From Planctomycetota bacterium (GTDB lineage Bacteria > Planctomycetota > UBA1135 > UBA2386): a DNA stretch of 64,000 nucleotides. Shown here piece by piece: positions 10,685 to 20,611 of this stretch. Within the stretch, counting starts at the first letter, position 1. Each line of letters opens with the position of its first letter. The notes under the pieces were generated by a model. The model was not told the DNA's origin and searched no databases. It saw only the letters and a program-made list of their open reading frames with translations. The DNA is taken from assembly GCA_965223545.1 (NCBI GenBank), contig OZ245006.1, forward strand, positions 4,480,001 through 4,544,000, given 5' to 3'. A program made the position numbers and the translations under genes.

Positions 10685-12247
10685 ATGGTCGGGCGGATGG
10701 CCTTCGTCCGATCCATGCTCGCCGTCGTGTTCGGCTTGGCTGCGGCTCTGCTGCTTGTCGTACCGGCGGACTGCCAGGAATCGGCCGCCCGCCGCGGCCG
10801 CCCGAACATCGTCTTCGTCTTCAGTGACGACCACGCCGCGCACGCGATCTCGGCCTACGGGTCGCGCGTCAACGAGACCCCACACATCGACTCGCTGGCC
10901 CGAGACGGTGTGCTGTTCGCCAACGCGTTCTGCGGCAATGCGATCTGCGGACCGTCGCGCGCGACGGTGCTGACCGGTCTACACAGCCACGCCAACGGCT
11001 TTCGGCAGAACGGCGATACCTTCGACGGCGGCCAGCGCACCTTGCCCAAGATGTTGCGCGCGGCGGGGTACCAAACCGCGATCATCGGCAAGTGGCATCT
11101 CGACACCGACCCCACCGGCTTCGATCACTGGGACGTGCTGCCCGGTCAGGGGGCCTACTACAACCCCGACTTCATCAGCGCCGGAGGCCGGCGCAGGGAG
11201 CAGGGCTACTGCACCGAGGTGACGACGCGGCTGGCGATCGAGTGGCTGGAGCAGCGAGATCCCGACCGGCCGTTTCTGCTGATGTGCCAGCACAAGGCGC
11301 CGCACCGGTCCTGGCAGCCGGGTCCGCGCGAGCTCGAGCTGTACCGGGGTGTGCGGTTCCCGGAGCCGCCGACTCTGTTCGACGACTACGCCGGGCGCGG
11401 CAAGGCGGCGCGGGCGCAGGAGATGGAGATCGACCGCCACATGTATCTCGCCTACGACCTGATGTGTCCGGTGGGCGAAGACGAGCGCTACCGCCGTAGC
11501 CACGACGCGTTCTTGGCGCGCCTCACAAAGGCCCAGCGCGAGCAGTGGGACGCCGCCTTCGGCGCGGAGAACGCGGCGTTTCGCGCCGCCAAGCTGAGCG
11601 GTCGCGACCTCGTGCGGTGGAAGTACCAGCGCTACCTCCGCAACTACCTGCGCTGCGTCGCCGGCGTGGACCGCAGTGTCGGCGAGCTGCTGCAGTGGTT
11701 GGAGGAGGCTGGCCTCGCCGACAACACGATCGTCGTGTACTCGTCCGACCAGGGGTTCTTCCTCGGCGATCACGGGTGGTACGACAAGCGATGGATGTAC
11801 GAGGAGTCGATGCGCATGCCGCTGCTGGTGCGGTGGCCCGGCGTCGCGCGTGCCGGCCATCGTTGCGAGGAGCTGGTGCAGAACATCGACTTCGCGCCCA
11901 CGCTGCTCGACGCGGCGGGCGTCGCGGTGCCGGCCGACATGCACGGCGTCAGCGCGTTGCCGCTGCTGCGCGGCGAGTCACCCGAGGACTGGCGCCAGAG
12001 CGTCTACTACCGCTACTACGAGGGGCAGGCGGAGCACAACGTCGGCCGCCACGAGGGGGTGCGGACGACGACGCACAAGCTGATCTGGTACTCCGACCCC
12101 GAAAACGCCTACTGGGAGCTGTTCGATCTGGTGGCCGATCCGGACGAGCTGCGCAACGTCTACGGCGACTCGCGCTACGCTGAGGTCGTCGAGGAGCTGA
12201 CCGCCGAGCTGGCGCGGCTGAAGGAGCAGTACGGCGTCGAGGGCTGA
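10685..12247 (+). CDS. Cys-type (formylglycine-dependent) sulfatase
   Basis: PNIVFVFSDDH; CGPSRATVLTG (CxPxR); GKWHL; YSSDQGFFLGDHGWYDKR. Confidence 0.95.
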   Translation: MVGRMAFVRSMLAVVFGLAAALLLVVPADCQESAARRGRPNIVFVFSDDHAAHAISAYGSRVNETPHIDSLARDGVLFANAFCGNAICGPSRATVLTGLHSHANGFRQNGDTFDGGQRTLPKMLRAAGYQTAIIGKWHLDTDPTGFDHWDVLPGQGAYYNPDFISAGGRRREQGYCTEVTTRLAIEWLEQRDPDRPFLLMCQHKAPHRSWQPGPRELELYRGVRFPEPPTLFDDYAGRGKAARAQEMEIDRHMYLAYDLMCPVGEDERYRRSHDAFLARLTKAQREQWDAAFGAENAAFRAAKLSGRDLVRWKYQRYLRNYLRCVAGVDRSVGELLQWLEEAGLADNTIVVYSSDQGFFLGDHGWYDKRWMYEESMRMPLLVRWPGVARAGHRCEELVQNIDFAPTLLDAAGVAVPADMHGVSALPLLRGESPEDWRQSVYYRYYEGQAEHNVGRHEGVRTTTHKLIWYSDPENAYWELFDLVADPDELRNVYGDSRYAEVVEELTAELARLKEQYGVEG

Positions 12248-12269
12248 CGCTGGTCGAGCCCGCGCCGCT

Positions 12270-13691
12270 TCAGCACTCGGGAACACGCACCGAGATGTTG
12301 GTCGCCAGCCCGCCCTGCGAGGTCTCCTTGTACTTGAGGCTCATGTCGCGCGCGACTTCGCTCATCGTGCGGATGACTTCGTCCAAGCTGACCTTGGCGT
12401 CGGCCGGGTTGCTGGCCGAGGCGAGCTCGGCGGCGTTGATCGCCTTGACCGCACCCATCGAGTTGCGCTCGATGCACGGAATCTGCACCAGGCCGCCGAC
12501 CGGGTCGCAGGTCATGCCGAGGTGGTGCTCCATGGCGATCTCGGCGGCGGCCAAGGCCTGCGGCACGCTGCCGCCGCGCGCCTCACAGAGGGCGGCGGCC
12601 GCCATCGCCGACGAGACTCCGATCTCCGCCTGGCAGCCGCCGAGGGCCGCCGAGATCGTGGCGCCCTTCTTGAAAAGGGCTCCGATCTCACCGCTGACCA
12701 GCAGGAAGTCGACGATGCCGTCGTCGTCGACCGCGTCGGTGGCGAAGCAGAGGTGATACATCAAGACCGCGGGGATCACGCCGGCGGCACCGTTGGTCGG
12801 CGCGGTCACCACTCGGCCCAGGGCGGCGTTCTGCTCGTTGACCGCCAGCGCGAAGCAGCTGATCCACTGCATCACCTCGCGGAAGTCGGCGCCGCGCGCG
12901 CGGATCGCGTCGATCCAGTCCTTGGGGTCTGTGTGGGTGGTGTCGCCGAGCAGACGGCGGTTCATCTTCGCGGCGCGGCGCTCGAGACCGAGCCCTCCAG
13001 GCAAGGTCCCAGTGGTGTGGCAACCGTCGAACACCGACTGCTGCATGACCTCCCAGATGCGCAGCATGCCGCGCTCGATGACTTCTCGCGGCGCCCAGGC
13101 CTGCTCGTTGGCGCGGGTCAGCGCCGCGATGGAGAGACCGGTCTGTTCGCAGTGCGCCCGGAGATCGGCCGCGGTCTGCGATGGATACGGCGGCCGCGCG
13201 CGATTCGGCGCGTGCATGCTCTCGCCTTCGGCCAAGATGAAGCCGCCGCCGATCGAGTAGTAGGTCGACTCGATCGAGCCGCCGGCGACGTGCGCGACGC
13301 AGCGCATCCCGTTGGGGTGCTCCGGCAGCTGCTCGTCGCGGTGAAAGTGAATGTCGGTGAAGGGAGTGAACGCCGCCCAGCGATCGCCCGGCATCGGCAC
13401 GCGCTGCTGCGCGGCCAGGGTGTCGATCAGCGTGCCGATTTCGTGCACCGGCACCGTCTCCGGATCGTGGCGGAGCAGCGCGAGGCACACCGCCTTGTCG
13501 GTGCAGTGGCCGCGGCCGGTCAGGGCGAGCGAGCCGTACAGGTGCACCGAAACCCGCTCTACCTCGATGTCCGCGTGCTCGGTCGAAAGCTCGCCGAGCC
13601 AGCGCTGGACCGCCCGCCACGGGCCGAGCGTGTGCGAGCTCGACGGTCCGACGCCGATCTTCAGCATGTCGAAAGCGCTGATGACTTCCAT
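12270..13691 (-). CDS. sdaA: L-serine ammonia-lyase, Fe-S dependent
   Basis: Starts MEVISAFDMLKIGVGPSSSHTLGP; LYGSLALTGRGH; TAPTNGAAG; GGCQAEIG; EHHLGMTCDPVGGLVQIPCIERN. Confidence 0.95.
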   Translation of the reverse strand: MEVISAFDMLKIGVGPSSSHTLGPWRAVQRWLGELSTEHADIEVERVSVHLYGSLALTGRGHCTDKAVCLALLRHDPETVPVHEIGTLIDTLAAQQRVPMPGDRWAAFTPFTDIHFHRDEQLPEHPNGMRCVAHVAGGSIESTYYSIGGGFILAEGESMHAPNRARPPYPSQTAADLRAHCEQTGLSIAALTRANEQAWAPREVIERGMLRIWEVMQQSVFDGCHTTGTLPGGLGLERRAAKMNRRLLGDTTHTDPKDWIDAIRARGADFREVMQWISCFALAVNEQNAALGRVVTAPTNGAAGVIPAVLMYHLCFATDAVDDDGIVDFLLVSGEIGALFKKGATISAALGGCQAEIGVSSAMAAAALCEARGGSVPQALAAAEIAMEHHLGMTCDPVGGLVQIPCIERNSMGAVKAINAAELASASNPADAKVSLDEVIRTMSEVARDMSLKYKETSQGGLATNISVRVPEC

Positions 13692-13772
13692 GCGGTGTGG
13701 CCCGGTGGAGACTAAGCTCTGGCGCCAGCGGGCGGGCAGCCTACGCCGGTCTCGCCGTCGAACAAGAGCGCG

Positions 13773-14549
13773 ATGCCCACCGATTTCGTCCAACGGGGCG
13801 ACCCACCTGCCCACCTGGCCTACGACTGGTTCGACGCTGGCGGCCGCGCGCCCGTCTTGGTCTACAGCCACGGCTTGCTCTCGACCCGCCGCGGCGAGCG
13901 CGCCGCGTTGCTCGAGCGATGGTGCGCGGAGCGCGGCTGGAGCCTGCTGCGCTTCGACTACCAGGGGCGCGGCGACTCCTCGGGATCGCTCGCCGACCTG
14001 ACCCTCAGCCGGCAGATCGCCGATCTCGAGGCCGTCCTGGGAGCCCTCCCCGAGGGTGCTCGGCCGGTGGTGCTGGGCTCCAGCTACGGCGGTCTGACCG
14101 CGGCTTGGCACGCCGCGCTGCATCCCGGCACAGTCGCCGCCTGCATCCTCTTGGCGCCGGCATTCGGTTTTGTCCCCGACCTGCTGGCCGAGATGGGACT
14201 TGCCGAGGCGCTGCGCTGGCGCGAGCGCGGCCAGCGCGACTTCGGCCGCGGCCTCGACTTCGAAGTGGACTACGAGCTGGTGCGGGATGCGGCGGCCTAT
14301 CCCGAAGCGCTGCTCGCCACCAGCCTGCGCACGCCGACCCTGATCGCCCACGGCACCGACGACGATGCGGTGCCGGTGGAGCGCAGCCGCGAGTTCGCGC
14401 GCAGGGCGCGTCCAGGAGTCGTGGACTTGCACGTCTTCAGCGGCGCCGACCACATCCTGCACGTCCAGATGATGGAGGTGCTGGCGATGGTCGAGCCGTT
14501 CGCGGCCCGCGTGGGCGGCCTCGATCACACGTCGAAGCGCATCACGTAG
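13773..14549 (+). CDS. Alpha/beta-fold hydrolase
   Basis: HGLLS; RFDYQGRGDS; GSSYGG nucleophile elbow; HGTDDDAVP; GADH. Confidence 0.9.
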   Translation: MPTDFVQRGDPPAHLAYDWFDAGGRAPVLVYSHGLLSTRRGERAALLERWCAERGWSLLRFDYQGRGDSSGSLADLTLSRQIADLEAVLGALPEGARPVVLGSSYGGLTAAWHAALHPGTVAACILLAPAFGFVPDLLAEMGLAEALRWRERGQRDFGRGLDFEVDYELVRDAAAYPEALLATSLRTPTLIAHGTDDDAVPVERSREFARRARPGVVDLHVFSGADHILHVQMMEVLAMVEPFAARVGGLDHTSKRIT

Positions 14550-15604
14550 CCGGCCGACTTGAGCACGGTGCCGGTCGGGCCGGTCGAGCTGTCGTTGTAG
14601 ACGGTGCCGACCGGAATGCTCGGGTACGGAGCGACGACGTGGTGCTCGGCGGCGTTGCTGAGGACGACGCCCCACGGGTTTGCCGCCGCGTCGGGTTGCA
14701 GAACCTGGCCGAACAGCGAGGCGCCGTTGCTGGCGGTGGTCACCGGCACGCTGAGGTTCCAGCTCACCTGCCCGTTGCTGTTGGTGAAGCCGGGGATCTG
14801 CACGACGATGTCGGTGTAGAGCCGGCAGGTCCCGGACGGGGCGCCGGCCGTGTTCGGTAGGGCGAACGGCAGCGGCAGTCCGCTGAAGCTCGTGTTGCTG
14901 CCGCCGATGATCAACCCGACGAGCTGGTTGGCGTCGAGACGCTGTCCGTTGTAGCTGAGGGTCACCGTGTTTGCCGACCAGTTCGATGACGAACTCGGGT
15001 TCAGGACGACGGTCCCACCGCCACTCGCCTTTTGGCAGCCGCTGCCGAAGCTCCGGGTCTCGGGCCTGGGATTGGAGGAGGCGAAGCTGACGAAGTCGAA
15101 GTTGTAGTTCGTGCTGTTGGTGCGTGTGATCACCTGGATCTCGAGGCACAGCGGACCGTTGCCGCCGAAGGCGAAGGGCCGGTTGAAGGGAATTACCAGC
15201 TCGAAGGGCGCCGGAAACCCGTGCACGCGGGCGGGTGCGATCTGCGCCAACGCAAAGGTCGTCACCTGGACCTTGTCGGGGCCATGGTTGTTGACGAAGG
15301 TCGCGTCGGGGTTCGCCGCGGTGGTCGCTGCCGTGGACGCGAACACGTTGACGACGAACGTTTGTTGCCCGGACTGGCCGCCGGGGACCTCACCGTCGAG
15401 GCGCAGGGCGACGCCCCGGATCGTGCGCGCGGTGCCCTGCAGCTCGTCGTGGATCGACAACAGCGTCGACGGCGAGCGGGTCGTGCCGATTCCGGAGGCT
15501 CGTCTGCTGGGGGCTTCGGCGTTGGCGAAATGGGCGGGAGAGACGATCTGTTGCTGCGGCGCGAGGCTGGCTGCGGCAAGAAGAATGGTCGAAAGCGTGA
15601 ACAT
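14525..15604 (-). CDS. Secreted hypothetical protein carrying the shared C-terminal-type domain
   Basis: Signal peptide MFTLSTILLAAASLAPQQ; FGSGC...GTCRLY...TNSNG...LSVP...GQ...ANPWGVVLSNA. Confidence 0.8.
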   Translation of the reverse strand: MFTLSTILLAAASLAPQQQIVSPAHFANAEAPSRRASGIGTTRSPSTLLSIHDELQGTARTIRGVALRLDGEVPGGQSGQQTFVVNVFASTAATTAANPDATFVNNHGPDKVQVTTFALAQIAPARVHGFPAPFELVIPFNRPFAFGGNGPLCLEIQVITRTNSTNYNFDFVSFASSNPRPETRSFGSGCQKASGGGTVVLNPSSSSNWSANTVTLSYNGQRLDANQLVGLIIGGSNTSFSGLPLPFALPNTAGAPSGTCRLYTDIVVQIPGFTNSNGQVSWNLSVPVTTASNGASLFGQVLQPDAAANPWGVVLSNAAEHHVVAPYPSIPVGTVYNDSSTGPTGTVLKSAGYVMRFDV

Positions 15605-15658
15605 CTGGGCTCCTGGTTCGATTCGGTTTCCCTGGACAAACCGGGGCCGGCGGTTCCG

Positions 15659-16516
15659 TTACTGCGCCTTCGGCTTTTTTTCGCTCTGCCCCAGTTTTGG
15701 AGGGGCAGGGGGCTGGCGGCGGTCGGCGGCGTACCGGGCCGGCGGTCTTCCGACCAGGTCGGTGAACGCGCGCGTGAGATGCGCCTGGTCGTAGAACCCC
15801 AATTGCGCTGCCACGGCAGCCAGGTCGACCGGTTCACCGGCCTCCAGCCGTGTGACGACCTCGTGCATCCGGTAGCGCTGGATGACCCACTTGGGCGAGA
15901 CGCCGGCGTAGCGGTGGAACAGCCGTTGGAGTCCCCTGGTAGTCAGGCCGAAGGTCCGCGCCACGGCCACCACGGAGACCGTGTCTCGGTGGTCGGCGAT
16001 GTGCTCGACGATGCGGCACGTCAGCGCTGCGCGCTCGTCGATCGTCGGCTCGAGGGTTTCGATGAGGTGTTCTGCAGCAGCGACTCGTTCGGCGTCGTCA
16101 CCGGCGGCGAGGACTGCGCGTTCGTAGCGAAGGCCTGGTTCGCCCAGAGCTTCCCCGAGCTCGATCCTGTGTCCGTTCAGGGCTGCCGGCGCGTGCCGAT
16201 ACACCGCGGTGAACATCGCGGGGCGGAACTTGATGCCGAACGCGTTGCCGCGCCCCGCGAGCACCTTCATCGACTTACCGGTGCCGATTCCGAACACACC
16301 GGATCGGCCGGCCTCCACGACGAGCTGAACGCAGGGGTGCGGCAAGATCTCCTGCCGGTGCGCGGCGTTGTCCGGCAGGTTCCACCGGACGCTCCAGTAG
16401 CGGTCGACCACGACACCGGCGGCGGCCGAGGGCCGGTAGCGGTCGACCGAGAAGCGCTCGGGACTTCCGTCCGCATGCAGGATGCCGCGCAGATCTTCTG
16501 GAGTGGGATCCGGCAT
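15659..16516 (-). CDS. AraC-family transcriptional regulator
   Basis: C-terminal double HTH: TRGLQRLFHRYAGVSPKW...LAAVAAQLGFYDQAHLTRAF. Confidence 0.92.
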   Translation of the reverse strand: MPDPTPEDLRGILHADGSPERFSVDRYRPSAAAGVVVDRYWSVRWNLPDNAAHRQEILPHPCVQLVVEAGRSGVFGIGTGKSMKVLAGRGNAFGIKFRPAMFTAVYRHAPAALNGHRIELGEALGEPGLRYERAVLAAGDDAERVAAAEHLIETLEPTIDERAALTCRIVEHIADHRDTVSVVAVARTFGLTTRGLQRLFHRYAGVSPKWVIQRYRMHEVVTRLEAGEPVDLAAVAAQLGFYDQAHLTRAFTDLVGRPPARYAADRRQPPAPPKLGQSEKKPKAQ

Positions 16517-16544
16517 GATCGATCCGTCCGCGGCCCATCCTATC

Positions 16545-16946
16545 TCAGTCGGCGAAGCTGCAGCTCAGCTCCACGTGGTACTCCGTCGCGTGCGGCGATT
16601 CGAACGTGCCCGACCCGGTGAGCCCGCGCAGCGCGCCGGTTCCGGCGCCTTCCACTACGACCATGGTCATGCGCGCCACGCCGTCGGCGAACGCGCCCTC
16701 GTGGCGCATCGCGAAGGTGCCCTGCCGGCCGTGCACTGTCCCCTCGATGCGTTCGATGCCGACGAACGTCGCGCTGCCGTCCTCGTGGTGGACCATCAGA
16801 TACTCGAGCGTGGAATCGCCGCTGATGTCACCGCTGTAGGTCTGGCGGCAATGTGCCCGAGTCATTTTCGGCACCGCGCCTTCACCGATGGGATCTTCTT
16901 GCCAGCTGGTGGAGCGAAACGTGGCGCGCGTCGGTCGAGACATCAT
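16545..16946 (-). CDS. DUF3224 domain protein
   Basis: MMSRPTRATFRSTSWQE...TYSGDISG...FVGIERIEGTVHGRQGTF...VVEGAGTGALRGLTGSG. The true start lies inside the track ORF. Confidence 0.85.
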   Translation of the reverse strand: MMSRPTRATFRSTSWQEDPIGEGAVPKMTRAHCRQTYSGDISGDSTLEYLMVHHEDGSATFVGIERIEGTVHGRQGTFAMRHEGAFADGVARMTMVVVEGAGTGALRGLTGSGTFESPHATEYHVELSCSFAD

Positions 16947-17057
16947 GGGTCCTCTCGTCAGGTTCTTGGTTCGGGCTGACCGTAGCTTTGCCGTGGAGTC
17001 GGTCTTGGAGAAACGCGACAACTGTCCGAGCAAGATCCGTCGGCGATACGATCCGCG

Positions 17058-17579
17058 GTGATGACTCTCCGTGCTCTTGCCTTGCTGAGCGTTCTGGTAG
17101 CGCCGGCGTGTGTCTGTCCTCCGCTGCCATCGCCGCATCTCGTCGCCCGCACCTACATCGAAGCCGACTACGACCGCGTCTGGCGCGCGTTCACTACGGC
17201 GGAGGGTTACCAGGCGTGGTACTCCACACCGTGCCGAGTGTTCGGCACGGAGCCGGGGGCGGAGTGCGTGTGGGCGGTGGGCGAGCGCGTCACCTACCGC
17301 GGCGAGCTGCGGTCGATCGAGCCCGGCGTCGGGTTGGCGCACACGTTCCGCTTCGTCGGTTTCGGCTTCGAGGAGACCACGCTCGTCGACATCGAAATCG
17401 TGCAGCAGGGCGACGTGGTGTACGTCTGCGTTCAGCACGACTGCTCAAAGGCCCCGGAAACGCGAGCGCTGATCACCGAGGTGGGTTGGTCGAAGTCGTT
17501 GGCGCGCCTCAAGTCTCTGCTCGAGCGCGGAACCCCGATGCCGTGGCCGGAAGGCGTTGCGGGACAACAGGCGCGCTGA
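17058..17579 (+). CDS. SRPBCC/AHSA1-like domain protein, possibly exported
   Basis: TYIEADYDRVWRAFT...GWSKSLARLKSLLERG; hydrophobic N-terminus. Confidence 0.8.
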   Translation: MMTLRALALLSVLVAPACVCPPLPSPHLVARTYIEADYDRVWRAFTTAEGYQAWYSTPCRVFGTEPGAECVWAVGERVTYRGELRSIEPGVGLAHTFRFVGFGFEETTLVDIEIVQQGDVVYVCVQHDCSKAPETRALITEVGWSKSLARLKSLLERGTPMPWPEGVAGQQAR

Positions 17580-17667
17580 CCGCGTGCAACGCGCTTGCAT
17601 TGACAGATTGCGAGGGACTGGCTAGCGTCCGTCGCTCGGGAATTGTCCCGGAAAGGTGTTCGGGAAA

Positions 17668-20541
17668 ATGCACCACATCCGTGTCTTGGACGGTCTCTTC
17701 GTCGTGACCGTGTCTTGTTCTGCCGCGCTGAGTCAGCAGCCGCTGGCCTCGTTGCAGGGTCCGTTCCTCTTTGGCCAACACGTTGCCGGAGTCGGCGACG
17801 TCAATCGCGATGGCATCTCCGATGTCGCGATCGCGACCCCGGAGACGTTTTCCGTACCGGGCTCGGTGCGCGTCGTTTCCGGCATCGACGGCACCGTTCT
17901 GCACGACCTCACGCGGCCGATCGGCACCGGCTTCGCGGCGTCGATCGCCGGAGTCGGCGACGTCAATGGCGATGGTGCCGCGGACTTGGCGGTCGGTGCG
18001 CCCTTTGCGGATGCGTACTCCGGTGAGTCGATCCCGCAGGCGGGGATGGCCGAAGTGATCTCCGGGGCGGACGGCAGCACACTCCACACCTTCCGTGGGC
18101 AAGCCATGTTCGACCACTTCGGAACTTCGGTTGCCGGTGGCGGCGACGTCGATGGCGATGGCTACGACGACGTGGCGGTCGGCGCACCGCAAGACCATCC
18201 GCGGCTGGGCGGGTTTGGCTACGTTCGCGTCTACTCGGGCAGGGACGGCGGGGTCCTACACACATTGGGTGCCCTCAGCGTCGAAGACGTCGGCATCCGA
18301 TTCGGCCACTCCGTGGCGATCCTCGGTGACGTCGACGGGGACCGTCGGGACGATGTTGCGGTCGGACTGCCAGGGATCGATTTCAAGACGGGCGCGGTTC
18401 GAGTGTTCTCCGGTGCGAACGGCCAGCGGCTGTACGAAGTGCTCGGTGTGCGTCGGCGACAGGCCTACGGACGGCTCTTGAGCGCCGTCGGCGACGCCGA
18501 CGGGGATGGCTTGGCCGACTTGGCGGTTGGCTTTCGACCCGTGTTGAGCCCGTTCGCCGGAGTGCATCTGCTTTCCGGTGCGAACGGTGCGTTTCTGCGC
18601 GGCTTGAGTCCGGTCTTCATGGGGTTTGGCCTCGGCATGCCTCACAGTGTCGCCGGTGTCGGTGACTACGATGGCGATGGCTGCGCCGACGTCGCGGTCG
18701 GCCGCCTCGGCCATGCCGTGGTCTACTCCGGCCGCGATGGCAGCCCGCTGTGTGTGCGTGCGAGCACCATGCCCGGCACCAGCACGGGGTTCGGCACAGC
18801 CGTTGCCAGTGCCGGCGATGTCGACCGCGACGGCTACCCGGACTTGATCATCGGGTCGCCGGGCGAAGGCCCTGGTCGCGGCGGAGCGTACGTCTACCGG
18901 GGCGGCCCGTGCATGCATCGCGAGGTCGGCGCTCTCTCGCCGGCGGCGGGCGGCTCGCTGTTCGGGCGCCGGATCGCGGCTCTCACCGACTGGAATGGCG
19001 ACGGCGTCGCGGAGTACGCGGTCGGAGCGATGCTGGAGTCGAGCCAGGGGCGCACCCGCAATGGGGTCGTCCGTGTCTTTTCCGGCGCGGACAACCGCGA
19101 AGTCCTCTCGCTGCACGGCACGACGAACCACCAGTTCTTCGGATCGGCCGTCGGCAATGCCGGTGACGTGGATGGGGACGGTGTGGGCGACCTCGTCGTC
19201 GGCGCCTACGGCGACCGATCGGCCGGGCTCGATGCCGGCAAGATCGTGGTCTATTCGGGCGCGACCGCCGGCGTGCTGCACGTTGTCGTCGGGAGTGCTC
19301 CCGGAGATCTGCTCGGCTCTGCCGTCGATGGACTGGGAGATGTCGATGGAGATGGGTTTGACGATTTTCTCGCGAGTGCGCGCGGGGCGGGCGCGGGGCG
19401 AGGATCGGTTCGGGTCTACAGCGGTAGGACCGCGGCGCCGCTCTATGCCGTCAACGGCCCGCTGGTCGACCAGGGCCTCGGTACTTCGGCACGAGCCATC
19501 GGTGACTTCGACGGCGATGGGGTCACCGATTTTGGCGCCGGTGCGCCGCAGCTCTTGCCGCAGCCGACCGGACCGGGCTCGGTCCGCGTCTATTCGGGTG
19601 CCACGGGTGCGGTGCTGCGCGTGATCACGGGAGCTGGCTTCGGGAGTGGGTTTGGTCAGTCGCTCGCGGGCGGCGTCGATCTCGACGGCGATGCTGCGCT
19701 GGACCTGGTGATCGGCGCACCCGAGGGCAGCAGGAATGGCGAGGTATGGCTGTTTTCCGGTGGCCCGGCGATCGTGCGGAGGTTGGGCATCGGCGCGGGT
19801 CTCGGCGACCGGTACGGGGCATGGGTCGAGTGCGTCGGCGACGTGGATGGAGACGGAGTCGGCGAGTACGCCGTGGGCGCGCCGTTCGCCGACGTCGCGC
19901 TAGCCGACGGAGTCGTGCTGGCCGACGCTGGTACCGCGTCGATCCTGTCCGTCCACGGCATGGTCGCCGTGCAGACGGTCCAGGGGGCAGCAGCGGACGA
20001 AGGAGTCGGTGCCTCGGTCGCCGCGCTCGGCGACACCAACGGCGACGGCAGCGCGGATTTCGCGGTCGGCGCCCCGAGTGCGTCGCCCAACGGCCCTCAA
20101 TCGGGCGCGGTGCGTATCTTCCAGTCGACGCCGCCGCGTGCCCGCGGCTTCTACGATGCCTACGGCGTGAGTTGCCCCGGATCGAGCGGCACGCTGCCCC
20201 GGGCGAGTGGCGGCGTCGAGCCGCGGCCCGGCATCGCGATCGACGTGGGGCTGCGCGCGGCGCCGGCCGGCATGCCGGCGGTGCTGCTGATCGGCGGTGC
20301 GCGGGCCAGCGTGGGCCTCGCCGCGATCGGCATGCCGGGGTGCGTGCTGGCGACGCAGCCTCTGGCGAGCTTGCCGGGTCTCACCGACGCGACCGGAACC
20401 GCGACGGCGACGCTTGCCGTGCCTGGTTCCCCGTCGCTGGTGGGCGGTGTGGTCGACGTGCAGTGGGCCATTGCCGATGCGCTGGCGAATCCCCTGGGAC
20501 TGGTCGCGAGCCACGGGCTGGAAGCCGTGATCGGCGGCTGA
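17668..20541 (+). CDS. Secreted FG-GAP/integrin-alpha repeat protein, probably two propellers, with shared C-terminal domain
   Basis: About 14 repeats of FG..VAG.GDV(N/D)GDG..D..VGAP with Ca-binding DxDGDG loops; signal peptide. Confidence 0.92.
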   Translation: MHHIRVLDGLFVVTVSCSAALSQQPLASLQGPFLFGQHVAGVGDVNRDGISDVAIATPETFSVPGSVRVVSGIDGTVLHDLTRPIGTGFAASIAGVGDVNGDGAADLAVGAPFADAYSGESIPQAGMAEVISGADGSTLHTFRGQAMFDHFGTSVAGGGDVDGDGYDDVAVGAPQDHPRLGGFGYVRVYSGRDGGVLHTLGALSVEDVGIRFGHSVAILGDVDGDRRDDVAVGLPGIDFKTGAVRVFSGANGQRLYEVLGVRRRQAYGRLLSAVGDADGDGLADLAVGFRPVLSPFAGVHLLSGANGAFLRGLSPVFMGFGLGMPHSVAGVGDYDGDGCADVAVGRLGHAVVYSGRDGSPLCVRASTMPGTSTGFGTAVASAGDVDRDGYPDLIIGSPGEGPGRGGAYVYRGGPCMHREVGALSPAAGGSLFGRRIAALTDWNGDGVAEYAVGAMLESSQGRTRNGVVRVFSGADNREVLSLHGTTNHQFFGSAVGNAGDVDGDGVGDLVVGAYGDRSAGLDAGKIVVYSGATAGVLHVVVGSAPGDLLGSAVDGLGDVDGDGFDDFLASARGAGAGRGSVRVYSGRTAAPLYAVNGPLVDQGLGTSARAIGDFDGDGVTDFGAGAPQLLPQPTGPGSVRVYSGATGAVLRVITGAGFGSGFGQSLAGGVDLDGDAALDLVIGAPEGSRNGEVWLFSGGPAIVRRLGIGAGLGDRYGAWVECVGDVDGDGVGEYAVGAPFADVALADGVVLADAGTASILSVHGMVAVQTVQGAAADEGVGASVAALGDTNGDGSADFAVGAPSASPNGPQSGAVRIFQSTPPRARGFYDAYGVSCPGSSGTLPRASGGVEPRPGIAIDVGLRAAPAGMPAVLLIGGARASVGLAAIGMPGCVLATQPLASLPGLTDATGTATATLAVPGSPSLVGGVVDVQWAIADALANPLGLVASHGLEAVIGG

Positions 20542-20611
20542 CGCGCACTCGAGGGCGCCTGGCCTGCGGAGTGGCTTCGGGAGGGCTATGATCGACTGCC
20601 CAGGAGGTCAC

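Noticed and set aside
12270..15149. 959-aa ORF as a large SdaA fusion
   Set aside because: The upstream part is an alternative-frame overlap of two real genes. SdaA homology begins at ATG 13691.
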